From positions 8,903 to 72,902 of the forward strand of contig JANPCZ010000013.1 of assembly GCA_031431215.1 (NCBI GenBank): a stretch of DNA of 64,000 nt, in the 5' to 3' direction. This document shows, piece by piece, positions 28,414-36,473 of the stretch. How positions within the stretch are numbered: position 1 is the first letter of the stretch; the number at the start of each line of letters is the position of its first letter. The notes beneath the pieces are model-generated. The model was given only the letters and a program-made list of their open reading frames with translations. It did no database searches and had not been told where the DNA came from. Position numbers and translations under genes: made by a program. The DNA comes from Myxococcales bacterium. GTDB taxonomy: Bacteria > Myxococcota_A > Polyangia > Fen-1088.

Positions 28414-29328
28414 ATGCGTAGGTTTCTCGCCACCGCGGTGTTTGGGGCGTGCGTGCTGATCGCGATGCCAGCGGGCGCCGAGCAGTTCGTCGCGGCGGAC
28501 GTCACGTACGTCCACAGCACGCAGAACACCAGCCATTCCCACTATTACCTCAAGCCATCCGCCGCCACGCCGCCCAGCTGGCGCAGCCCCGTCGACTACA
28601 CGACGGGGACCGTGTACATGCACCTCGAGGTCGAGACCAAGCCCACCAGCGACGCCGCGAAGATCCACGTCTGTTTCATCCAGGGAAATCCCGGCTACGC
28701 ATGCAGCACCTATTCGTCCCCGTTCACGGCGCCCGGCACCTACCGCTGGACCGCGAACGTGGTGTCGCTCTCGAGGAACGGGATCGTCGACTGGGCGAAG
28801 GGGATCCCCAGCCTGACCATCATCTTGACCGACGCCAGCCCGCGCAACGTGGGCGTCGAGGACGTCGGGCCGGAGATCGCGGCGCGCTTCATGCCGACCC
28901 GAATGCGCGTGGTCATCACGGTGGTTTCCGCAGGGGGCCCTTACGTTCCACCGCTGGCGAGCGCCGACGGAGGCGTGCCGGCTGACGGTCCGTCGTCACG
29001 AATTGACGCTGCGGCCGTGGATCGACTGTTCTCGACGGAGGCTGCGCCCCCACCAGCGACACCGGAACCAGCAACGTCCCCAGCACTACCTCCGCAGGGG
29101 ACTGAACCACCCGCCCTGCCACCCGCGCCGGCCCCGTCGGCGACCCAACCCCCGCGGGCCCCCACGTCCGATCCTGTCGCCGATCGAACCCTGCCGAACC
29201 CCGGACAATCGGGCGGCTGTGCCGTCACCGGCGGCGGCCCTGCGCCGGCGGGACTGGTCCTGATCTCGTTGGCAGCGCTACTCGCGCACCGCTTAACAAA
29301 AGAAAGAAAAACGCTGTCCCCGGCGTGA
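28414..29328 (+). CDS. Secreted hypothetical protein with a MYXO-CTERM-like tail
   Basis: Signal peptide MRRFLATAVFGACVLIAMPAGA, a Pro-rich linker, and a tail SGGCAVTGGGPAPAGLVLISLAALLAHRL. Confidence 0.6.
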   Translation: MRRFLATAVFGACVLIAMPAGAEQFVAADVTYVHSTQNTSHSHYYLKPSAATPPSWRSPVDYTTGTVYMHLEVETKPTSDAAKIHVCFIQGNPGYACSTYSSPFTAPGTYRWTANVVSLSRNGIVDWAKGIPSLTIILTDASPRNVGVEDVGPEIAARFMPTRMRVVITVVSAGGPYVPPLASADGGVPADGPSSRIDAAAVDRLFSTEAAPPPATPEPATSPALPPQGTEPPALPPAPAPSATQPPRAPTSDPVADRTLPNPGQSGGCAVTGGGPAPAGLVLISLAALLAHRLTKERKTLSPA

Positions 29329-29368
29329 CGTCGGGGGACCCGCGGAATAGCGAACCAGGAGGGAATCG

Positions 29369-31084
29369 ATGTCGTGTCGAAATGAACCCGCGGTGGCGGC
29401 CCGCTGGCTGGTCTCCGCCTTCGCCCTGGGCGGCTGTACAGGCCTGATCGGCCCGGTCAGCGGCGCCGAGACGGCGTCCCGACCCGCAGAAAGCGCCAGG
29501 GCAAATCCCGCTCCAGGGGTCCCCGCTTCAGGGCCCGGCACACCGTCCGGCCAGGCCGGCATGAACCCTGCGGCCCCACGCCCCGCACTGCCGGCCGCCG
29601 ACCTGGCGCCCTTTTCCGGCCTGCGGCGTCTGACCGTCGACGAGTACGACAATGCCATCCGCGATCTCCTGGGCGATGACACCCGCGGCGGCCGCTTGCT
29701 GTTGCCCGACGATCCGCGCATGCCATTCGACAACGACTACACCAACCAGGTCGGGTCGAAGGCGCTGGTCGAAGGCGCCGAACTGCTGGCCACCGACACC
29801 GCCGCGCGCCTGATGAAGGACACCGCGCGCCGGGATCGCCTGGTCGGCTGCAAGCCTGCCAGTCCCGCCGACGAAGCCTGCCTGCGCCGCTTCGTCGTGG
29901 CCTTCGGCCGGCGCGCACTCCGGCGCCCGCTGACCGACGAGGAAGCGAACCGCTTCGTGGCACTGCGGGCGGTGGGCCAGATGGCAGGCGATTTCTACGC
30001 CGGCCTGCGAGCGGTGGTCGAAGCGTTCCTGCAGCACCCAGAGTTCCTGTATCGGGCCGAGATCGGCAAGCCTGTCGCGGGGCAGCCCGGGCTGTTCGCG
30101 CTGGGCCCGTACGAGATGGCCGCGCGCCTTTCGTTCCTGGTGTGGGGTAGCGTGCCGGATGACGCTCTTCTTGATCGCGCGGCCGCCGGCACTCTGGCAG
30201 GCGACGGCGTGAGGATGGCCGCCGTCCGTCTGTTCGAAGATCCGCGGGCGCGCACCCGGATCGCGCGCTTCTTTGCGCTGTGGCTCGGATACGAGGAACT
30301 CAAGCACGATCCCGCGCTGGTGGCCGCCCTGCAAGCGGAGACCTCGGCGCTGATCGGCCGCGTGGTGTTCGACGAGCACCGGCCCTGGCAGGATCTCTTC
30401 CGCCTGGACGAAACATTCGTCTCCGACACGCTGGCCAAGCATTACGGATTGCCGGCCGCCGGTACGCAGGCCCGCTGGATCAAGTACGGCGCGACCGGCC
30501 GCCGGGGCCTGCTGTCCCACGGCAGCTTCCTGTCGGCGGGAGCCAAGGCGCAGGACACCAGCCCCACTCTCCGCGGCCTCTTCGTGCGTGAGCGCCTGCT
30601 GTGCCAGGAGGTCCCGCCCCCGCCGCCCAACGTGAACACCGACGACGTGATCCTGCCGGCCAATGGATCCCCGTGCAAGGCCGAGCGCTTTCGCGCACAC
30701 GGCGTGGGCGGTTGCGCCGGCTGCCACCAGCTGATGGACCCGATCGGGTTCGGGCTGGAAAACTACGATCGGGCCGGTCGTTACCGCACTGCCGAGGCCG
30801 CCCACCCCGAGTGCACCATCGACGGGCGTGGCGATCTGTCGGGAGTGGCGTTCAAGGGACCGGCCGAGCTGTCGGATCTGCTGCTTGGCAGCGGCGATCT
30901 CAACGCTTGCGTGACCAAGCAGCTTCACCGCTTCGTGGTCGGTCGGGCACACCTCGACATGGTCGATCGCCGGCTGATCGATGCTATCGCGGGCCGCGCG
31001 GGCAAGGGCGACGTCCGCTTCGACGAGATGTTGCTGGACATGATCTCGGCCCCCGCGTTCGCGCACCGACGGGAGGAACAGTGA
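29369..31084 (+). CDS. DUF1587/DUF1592/DUF1595/DUF1588/DUF1585-type protein (planctomycete cytochrome-c-like family)
   Basis: Motifs LRRLTVDEYDNAIRDLLG and the CxxCH motif CAGCHQLMDPIGFGLENYD (nt 30713-30727), with a lipoprotein-like N-terminus. Confidence 0.7.
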   Translation: MSCRNEPAVAARWLVSAFALGGCTGLIGPVSGAETASRPAESARANPAPGVPASGPGTPSGQAGMNPAAPRPALPAADLAPFSGLRRLTVDEYDNAIRDLLGDDTRGGRLLLPDDPRMPFDNDYTNQVGSKALVEGAELLATDTAARLMKDTARRDRLVGCKPASPADEACLRRFVVAFGRRALRRPLTDEEANRFVALRAVGQMAGDFYAGLRAVVEAFLQHPEFLYRAEIGKPVAGQPGLFALGPYEMAARLSFLVWGSVPDDALLDRAAAGTLAGDGVRMAAVRLFEDPRARTRIARFFALWLGYEELKHDPALVAALQAETSALIGRVVFDEHRPWQDLFRLDETFVSDTLAKHYGLPAAGTQARWIKYGATGRRGLLSHGSFLSAGAKAQDTSPTLRGLFVRERLLCQEVPPPPPNVNTDDVILPANGSPCKAERFRAHGVGGCAGCHQLMDPIGFGLENYDRAGRYRTAEAAHPECTIDGRGDLSGVAFKGPAELSDLLLGSGDLNACVTKQLHRFVVGRAHLDMVDRRLIDAIAGRAGKGDVRFDEMLLDMISAPAFAHRREEQ

Positions 31085-32535
31085 TGAGCATGAGCCCCTG
31101 GAAGCTGCATCGAAGAGCGGTCCTGCGGGGCATGGGAGGCGCCGCGGTGGTGTTGCCGGTTCTGGAGGTGATGGCGAACCGACGCGCGATGGCCGCCGCC
31201 CCGCGCCGGTTCGCGCTCCTGTACGGAGGCACCTCGCTCGCCGGTGACGGCAGCAGCCTTGCGAACGCGGTCGTCCCGACGGCCGCGGGCCCGGACTGGG
31301 AGCTGACCCGCGGGCTGCAACCGATCGGCACGCTGGGCGTGAAGCCTCTGGTCACCGTTGTCAGCGCGCTGAAGATCCCATGGGCGCAGGCCGGCGGCGC
31401 CGTGCCCGCTGCCGGGCGCCCGGTGAACTTCCACGGCTCCACCCTGGTGCCGCAGGCGACCGGACGAGCGATCCCGAAGGCCGATTCGAACGCTTCCGGT
31501 CCCAGCGCCGATCAGATCGTGGCCGATGCGATCGGGGCCGGCACCGCGCAGCGATCGATCGCGTTTCGCGTGCAACCGGTTTCCTACTCGGGCGGCACGG
31601 GCGGCAGCCGCGGGCGCCTGAGCTCGGGCAAGGGCGGCGCCACCATCGATCCGATCGTCAGCCCCCGGCTGGCGTTCCAGTCGCTGTTCGCGGGATTGGC
31701 GGCTCCCGGCGCAGGCACCGCGCCCGATCCCGAACGGGCGCTGGCGCTGTACCGGCGGCGCAGCGTTCTCGATCTCGTCAGGGGCGACACCGAACGATTG
31801 ACCCAGCGCCTGGGCCGCGCCGACAAGGTTCGTCTGCAACGCCACCTGGACGAACTGCGCGATCTCGAGCTTCGCATCGATATCGGCGGTGGGAAGGCGG
31901 CCACCGCCACGTGCGGCAAGCCGATGGATCCGGGAGTCGACCCCCCCATCGGTTCGAACCACGTGGTGGAGAACAATTCGCTGAAGTTCACCGCCGGGGC
32001 CGGTTACAGCAGCGAGGATCTGCGCGCGCAGCTCATCACCGACATGGTCGCGATGGCCTTCGCCTGCGATCTGTCGCGCGCGGCGTCCATCATGTTCACG
32101 ATGACCCAGTGCTTTATGAGCATGGAGGCGATCGGCGGGCAGAAGAGCGACATGCACCAGCTGGGGCACGGCGCGGGCAACCTACGTGACGTGGCCGACG
32201 CCGTCGCGTTTCACGTCAAGCACTTCGCCCGCCTCGTTGCGAAGCTGCGCGATACCGCCGACCTCGACGGACGCAGCGTTCTCGACAGCAGCGCGCTGGT
32301 TCTGGTGTTCGAGGGGGGACATGGATACGATCCTGAGGGCAACCGGATGATCAGCTCTCACTCCTCCGAGCGGATGATCGCTCTCGTCGCAGGGCGCGCG
32401 GGTGGCCTCAAACCGGGGCAACATCTGGTGGCCACCGACAAGCATCCGGCGCAGGTCGTGCTAGCGGCGATGAACGGCGTCGGCGTTCCCGGCCCTTTCG
32501 GGGAGATCACCACCCCGCTGGCCGGCCTGTCATGA
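31084..32535 (+). CDS. DUF1552-family protein with a Tat-like signal
   Basis: The ATG at 31084 overlaps the upstream stop. N-terminus is MSMSPWKLHRRAVLRGMGGAAVVLPVLE. The C-terminal MISSHSSERM region is typical of the DUF1552 partners of DUF1592 proteins. Confidence 0.65.
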   Translation: MSMSPWKLHRRAVLRGMGGAAVVLPVLEVMANRRAMAAAPRRFALLYGGTSLAGDGSSLANAVVPTAAGPDWELTRGLQPIGTLGVKPLVTVVSALKIPWAQAGGAVPAAGRPVNFHGSTLVPQATGRAIPKADSNASGPSADQIVADAIGAGTAQRSIAFRVQPVSYSGGTGGSRGRLSSGKGGATIDPIVSPRLAFQSLFAGLAAPGAGTAPDPERALALYRRRSVLDLVRGDTERLTQRLGRADKVRLQRHLDELRDLELRIDIGGGKAATATCGKPMDPGVDPPIGSNHVVENNSLKFTAGAGYSSEDLRAQLITDMVAMAFACDLSRAASIMFTMTQCFMSMEAIGGQKSDMHQLGHGAGNLRDVADAVAFHVKHFARLVAKLRDTADLDGRSVLDSSALVLVFEGGHGYDPEGNRMISSHSSERMIALVAGRAGGLKPGQHLVATDKHPAQVVLAAMNGVGVPGPFGEITTPLAGLS

Positions 32536-33098
32536 GCGAGGCGCCCACACCCGACGACGGCGACCTGGCCCGCCGGGTCCTGGCGGGCGAGACCCGCCTG
32601 TATGCCGAGCTGGTGCGGCGCCATCAGGACGCTGTCTTCCGTGTGGCCGCCGCCATGGTGGGCGACGCAGAGAGCGCCGACAACGCCGTTCAACAGGCGT
32701 TCGTGAACGCGTTCGAGCACCTGGACCAGTTCCGCCCAGACCATCCCTTCGGCCACTGGATCAAAGCGATCGCGCGCAATGTGATCCGCCAGCAGGCTCT
32801 GCGCACCGATCGAGAGCAACGGCGCCTCTCCCTGTACCGGGACTTCGTCGAAGTGGCGACGGCGCCCACGCAGGAGCGGCTCGCCGAGGAGCTGGGCATG
32901 GACGCCGCCCTGCGCGCCTGCCGGGAGGCACTCGCCCCCACGGCGGAGCAAGCGCTCGGCCTGCGTTACGAACGCGGATGCTCGATCGAAGAAGTCGCGG
33001 CGGCGATGGGACGGAGCGCGGCTGCCACACGCCAGCTCCTGTTCCGGGCGCGGATCGCGCTGCGCGACTGCGTCGAACGGCGGCTGGCGAGCGCATGA
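32532..33098 (+). CDS. ECF (sigma-70 family) RNA polymerase sigma factor
   Basis: ATGA overlap with the upstream gene. Region 2 is LYAELVRRHQDAVFRVAAAMVGD...QQAFVNAFEHLDQFR. Region 4 is LRYERGCSIEEVAAAMGRSAAATRQLLFRAR. Confidence 0.85.
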   Translation: MSEAPTPDDGDLARRVLAGETRLYAELVRRHQDAVFRVAAAMVGDAESADNAVQQAFVNAFEHLDQFRPDHPFGHWIKAIARNVIRQQALRTDREQRRLSLYRDFVEVATAPTQERLAEELGMDAALRACREALAPTAEQALGLRYERGCSIEEVAAAMGRSAAATRQLLFRARIALRDCVERRLASA

Positions 33099-34189
33099 GT
33101 GAACGCGCGGACGAGCTGCTGGCGCGCCTGACGGACGGCGAGCTGTCGTCGATCGAACTCGACGAGCTCGAGCGCATCAGCGCCGATGCCCCTGCCCCCG
33201 AACGCCGGCGGGCGATGCTCCTTCTGGAAACCGAGGCGGGCCTGCGCCGCGGCCGCAGCGTGGACGTCGCGCCCGCGGTCATGGGTGCAATCGGGGCCCG
33301 TCGAACGCGGGCCGTTGCGAACGTCATGGGCGAGGTGATCCGAGTCGAAGCCCGCGCGCGCGACAGATGGCAGCGGCGACACCACCGACGCGGCCGCACA
33401 ATCGCGAGAGCCGCAGTGGCCACCGCGCTGGTCGGCGCGCTAGCACTGGCCGGCGTGGGGGTGGTGCGCTTGTTGCGCGGCTCGGGTCGATCCGACGCCG
33501 TCGGTGGCGCGACCAACGGCGGCGGGCGGACCACGAAACCATCGGGCCTGCCCCAATGGCGTGCCGCCGGCAGTCCGGAGCCGGCCGAACTCGTGGTCGC
33601 CGGGCCGACACCCCCACCCTCCCTCCCGACGGGGCCCGCTGAGGCCGATCGCGGCGGTGTTTCCTCCGAGGGGATCGTGCTGTTCTCGTACGACTTCGAG
33701 GACGGCCTGATTCCAGCCGGCCTCGAAGCCGCCGCCGTGACGGCCGGTCCTCCGCGGGCCGACAACCGCTTCGTGGCGACGGGAGGCATCTCGAAGTGGG
33801 CGCCGCAGACCAACATGATTGCGTTCGACCTGCAGGCCACCGGACACTCAATCACACTCAACGACAGTCAGGTCCTCGTGTTCGACTACTGGGCCGGGCT
33901 CAACACACCCACACTGTTGTTGCAGGCGTTCAACAGCACACGCTCGCAGAACTTCCAATTCAAAGTGCGCGATCCGATCCGCGGACGCTGGACGCGAGCG
34001 ACGGTGCGTCTGGCCGATGTGCGGCGCAACGACGGCAGCGGGGGCCGACCGGCCAGCGGCGATCTGTTCGTCAACTTGATGATCTACGGTGGCCGACTGC
34101 CCGGCGGCGGCCTGTTCGTGGACAACCTGCGTGTCGTCGAGGCGCCGGCCGGCCAGGTGCCCGCCACCAGCTTCACGCCGCTGGAGTGA
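33095..34189 (+). CDS. Putative anti-sigma factor with an extracytoplasmic beta-sandwich-like sensor domain
   Basis: ATGA overlap with the sigma gene. The short N-terminal helix region (LLARLTDGELS) is followed by a single TM (AAVATALVGALALAGVGVV), a Pro-rich linker and a ~190-aa C-terminal domain. The call rests on position and architecture only. Confidence 0.5.
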   Translation: MSERADELLARLTDGELSSIELDELERISADAPAPERRRAMLLLETEAGLRRGRSVDVAPAVMGAIGARRTRAVANVMGEVIRVEARARDRWQRRHHRRGRTIARAAVATALVGALALAGVGVVRLLRGSGRSDAVGGATNGGGRTTKPSGLPQWRAAGSPEPAELVVAGPTPPPSLPTGPAEADRGGVSSEGIVLFSYDFEDGLIPAGLEAAAVTAGPPRADNRFVATGGISKWAPQTNMIAFDLQATGHSITLNDSQVLVFDYWAGLNTPTLLLQAFNSTRSQNFQFKVRDPIRGRWTRATVRLADVRRNDGSGGRPASGDLFVNLMIYGGRLPGGGLFVDNLRVVEAPAGQVPATSFTPLE

Positions 34190-34347
34190 ACTTTGTAGCG
34201 ACTCCTTCGCCTGCGCTGTTCCATGTTGCTCCAGGTCCAGCGCTACCGCGTCGATGCTGTTCCCCGCCCTCCTCACGATGACTCTGGCCGCGGTCAAAGT
34301 GGTCGCCATCAGCACCTTTCTCGCCGCTCCCGGCGGCGAAAGCCTCC

Positions 34348-34740
34348 TTAGCTCTGCGCCAAGCGAAGCTTCGAGTGTTTCGCGATCCGTGAAAAATCGG
34401 CGTCCTCGCTGAGCAGCGGCGCCGCGTTCTCGATGCAGCCCTGGGCGATGAGGCAGTCGATGGTGTGGGCGACCACGCCGCGGGCTCTCAGTTTCCGATT
34501 GAGGCGGGCGGCGTTCACATAGGTAGGGCCAGTCATCGGCAGCCGGGTCACCTCGGCCAGCGTCCGCCGCGCGACCTCGAACTCCCGGTCCAGTCGGAAA
34601 CCCTGGAGAACCTCGGTGATGACCAGATCCACGACGGCAAGAGGCTCATCCTGCTGCAGGGCCCGATGCAACCTGAGGGCCTGCGGCGTCTCGGATCCGT
34701 TGAAGTACGACACCCAGACAGATGAGTCGACGACAATCAC
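34348..34740 (-). CDS. vapC: PIN-domain toxin (VapC)
   Basis: Starts MIVVDSSVWVSYFNG, with conserved acidic residues, and overlaps the upstream antitoxin stop by 4 nt. Confidence 0.8.
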   Translation of the reverse strand: MIVVDSSVWVSYFNGSETPQALRLHRALQQDEPLAVVDLVITEVLQGFRLDREFEVARRTLAEVTRLPMTGPTYVNAARLNRKLRARGVVAHTIDCLIAQGCIENAAPLLSEDADFSRIAKHSKLRLAQS

Positions 34741-34940
34741 GTCCGGTCCCGCCGCCCGGCGCGAATGTCACCCTCCCAGTGGAGCTGCCCGCGAAGCGCT
34801 CGCAACTTTTCGTAAGTACGGCGCTGGCGCAGTATGTGCCTCAAAGCCAGATCCACCGCCTGGCGCTTGGAAGGCGCCCCCGTCGCCTTCATGACATCCG
34901 AGATGAGTGCGTCGTCGATCACGATATTGGTACGTCCCAT
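34737..34940 (-). CDS. vapB: VapB-family antitoxin (DUF2191-like)
   Basis: Internal start MGRTNIVIDDALISDVMKATGAPSKRQAVDLALRHIL, 67 aa. The ATG at 34940-34938 was verified by hand. Confidence 0.75.
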   Translation of the reverse strand: MGRTNIVIDDALISDVMKATGAPSKRQAVDLALRHILRQRRTYEKLRALRGQLHWEGDIRAGRRDRT

Positions 34941-35195
34941 GGTGTACACCAAAGTACCAAGGATTGGTGTATGGGCAACAGGCACCAGAAAACATGCGAC
35001 CACGCCCGGCGACGAGCGAAAAACGGGTACCCGCCGCGCTACAGATCGCGGGTCTCGTCGGGCTCGCGCGCTATGTCGAAGGCCTGCCGCGCGCGACCCG
35101 ACACCACCAGATCGAGCGCACGTTTGTAATAGTCGTTCAGGCGAAAATCCGCGGTCGACAGGCATTTCGCAGCGCTTTTCATTACACTCGCGCTC

Positions 35196-36257
35196 GTGCA
35201 GCTACCACACACCGCGATCACCGTCAGCCTGGGCGTTGCCCTCATCGCCTGCAAGCCCGACCAGCCCGCAGCGCCGCCACCCGCGGTGACAGCAGCGCCG
35301 CCACCACCACCATCATCCGGGGCGCCGGCCGCGGCCGCGAAACCGGCGCCCGGGCCGGCGCCCGCGGGCATGGTCTGGATCCCGGGCGGAACTTTCGTGA
35401 TGGGCGGTGACAACGAGATGGGCAACGATGCCCTGCCCCTGCACGAGGTGGCGCTCGAAGGCTTCTGGATGGACGAGACCGAGGTGACCAACGCTGCGTT
35501 CGCGGCGTTCGTGACCGCCACCGGCTATGTGACCACTGCCGAAAAGAAGCCCGACACCAAGGACTTCCCCGACGTGCCCGCCGACAAGCTGGTTGCCGGG
35601 TCGGTGTGCTTTCACGCGCCCAAGGAAGACGTGCCGCTCGACAACTTCTTCGCGTGGTGGCGCTACGACGCTGGCGCCGACTGGCGTCATCCCGAGGGAC
35701 CGAAGAGCAACCTGGGTGGCCGCGACAAGCACCCGGTCGTGCACCTGTCGTGGGACGACGCGGTGGCGTACGCGAAGTGGGCGGGCAAGCGCCTGCCCAC
35801 CGAAGCCGAGTGGGAATTCGCCGCGCGCGGCGGCAAGGCGCGCCAGCGCTTCGGCTGGGGCAACGAGCCCACCCTCGGCGGCAAGTGGCAGGCGAACGCC
35901 TGGCAAGGGCGCTTCCCGTCCGAAAACAGCAAGGCCGACGGCTTCTACGGCGCCGCGCCGGTGAAGTCGTTCGCGCCCAACGGTTACCGCCTGTACGACA
36001 TGGCAGGCAACGTCTGGGAGTGGGTGGCGGACTGGTACCGCCCCGACTACTACGCGAAAAGCCCGACCGCCGATCCGCGCGGTCCTGACGACAGCCTCGA
36101 TCCGGAGGAGCCGGGCGTGAAGAAGAAGGTGCAGCGCGGCGGCTCGTTCCTGTGCAGCGATCGCTATTGCTTGCGCTACACCAACGGTGCGCGCGGCAAG
36201 GGCGCCCCCGACACCGGCGCGTCGCACGTCGGCTTTCGTTGCGCGCGATCGCCGTAA
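35196..36257 (+). CDS. Formylglycine-generating enzyme (SUMF1/FGE-sulfatase domain) lipoprotein
   Basis: GTG start and lipobox LIAC. Motifs MVWIPGGTFVMGG, EVTNAAFAAFV, HPVVHLSWDDAVAYAKWAGKRLPTEAEWEFAARGG, NVWEWV and RGGSFLC. Confidence 0.85.
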   Translation: MQLPHTAITVSLGVALIACKPDQPAAPPPAVTAAPPPPPSSGAPAAAAKPAPGPAPAGMVWIPGGTFVMGGDNEMGNDALPLHEVALEGFWMDETEVTNAAFAAFVTATGYVTTAEKKPDTKDFPDVPADKLVAGSVCFHAPKEDVPLDNFFAWWRYDAGADWRHPEGPKSNLGGRDKHPVVHLSWDDAVAYAKWAGKRLPTEAEWEFAARGGKARQRFGWGNEPTLGGKWQANAWQGRFPSENSKADGFYGAAPVKSFAPNGYRLYDMAGNVWEWVADWYRPDYYAKSPTADPRGPDDSLDPEEPGVKKKVQRGGSFLCSDRYCLRYTNGARGKGAPDTGASHVGFRCARSP

Positions 36258-36473
36258 TGGCTTGCGCCTGACGAAGCGCAAGGCCGGTGCAACCCGCGCC
36301 TGTGAGACGCCGCACGAGCGTCGCCTTTGGTTACATCCCCCGGGTTTGTTGCGTGCTCCGTAGGGCAGCCTTACCATCGCAGGCTTCCCGAGAATTCCGA
36401 ACACCGTCTACCGTGGGCCCCGGTGCGCGGGTCGGATTCGCCGGGCTCGTCATTTTATGGGGGTTTTGTTGTC

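Noticed and set aside
26395-28668. Full 757-aa version of the BNR lipoprotein ORF
   Set aside because: A lipoprotein signal peptide sits 290 codons into the ORF, and the upstream region lacks start or signal logic. I shortened the gene to the GTG at 27798. The upstream part is discussed as a possible relic.
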